Assembly (NCBI RefSeq): GCF_001194135.2
Contig: NC_068999.1
Location: 51,602,489-51,651,129, forward strand
Length of the DNA: 48,641 nt
Origin: Octopus bimaculoides
Taxonomy: Eukaryota
Direction: 5' to 3'
Of the stretch, positions 48,147 through 48,641 are shown piece by piece; the stretch's first letter is position 1, and each line of letters begins with the position of its first letter. The notes below the pieces were generated by a model. The model worked only from the letters and a program-made list of their open reading frames with translations, was not told the DNA's origin and made no database searches. Position numbers and translations under genes: made by a program.

Positions 48147-48641
48147 CTGGAAGAATGTTTAAAAACATATGGAGAGATCAGAGAGAATTAAAAGATATAA
48201 ATATCAGCAAATTATTTCAATATTTTAAATAATAATTTTACTATAAGGTGGTGAAGCTGGAAGAATCATTAGCATGCTGGACAAAATGTTTAGCAGCATC
48301 TTGTCAATCTTTTCATTCTGAGTTCAACTTTGCCTTTCATCCTTTTAAGAGGCGATGAAATAAGTACAAGTTGAGTTGAACACTGAGATCAATGTAATCA
48401 ATTAGCCCTCTCCCTCAAAATTTCAGGCCTTGTGCCTTTAACAGAAAAGAATAGTTTTACTATTGTTTTTAGAATGTTTGAGTTAAGATATAAACATAAG
48501 CAATGTTCTTGTTGTTATGGTTGTTTAATTTCATGTCAACTTTTAATGAGCCAACCTGTGTTGCCGGGAATTGAACTCCTGACCTTATGATCGTGAGCTG
48601 ATTGCCCTAACCACTAAGCCACGCACCTTCACTATATATAT

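Overview
AT-rich, microsatellite- and transposon-dense animal genomic DNA with six N-gaps. The SINE families (tRNA-Arg-headed OR-type and others) point to an octopus, which is an inference. Two convergent, intron-rich protein-coding genes were reconstructed by hand from splice sites, phase continuity and recalled homology. On the + strand (1104-18741) is the 3' part of TEX11 (ZIP4/SPO22 meiotic TPR protein): 18 exons found, one required exon probably lies in the gap at 16528-17510, and one exon appears twice. On the - strand (48146-29572) are 14 exons of an ACSL3/ACSL4-type long-chain acyl-CoA ligase; its 5' end is outside the window. Introns and the intergenic region hold several SINE families plus relics of mariner, hAT, RTE/BovB, Dong/R4-like and Hero elements. 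Most ORFs in the supplied track are microsatellite or gap artefacts. The least explained signals are a pair of covarying hairpins at 20228-20276 next to an orphan promoter-like motif cluster, two long fold-backs in one ACSL intron, a fold-back beside a TEX11 exon, and a decayed hammerhead-like motif. I found no clear novel multi-gene system.
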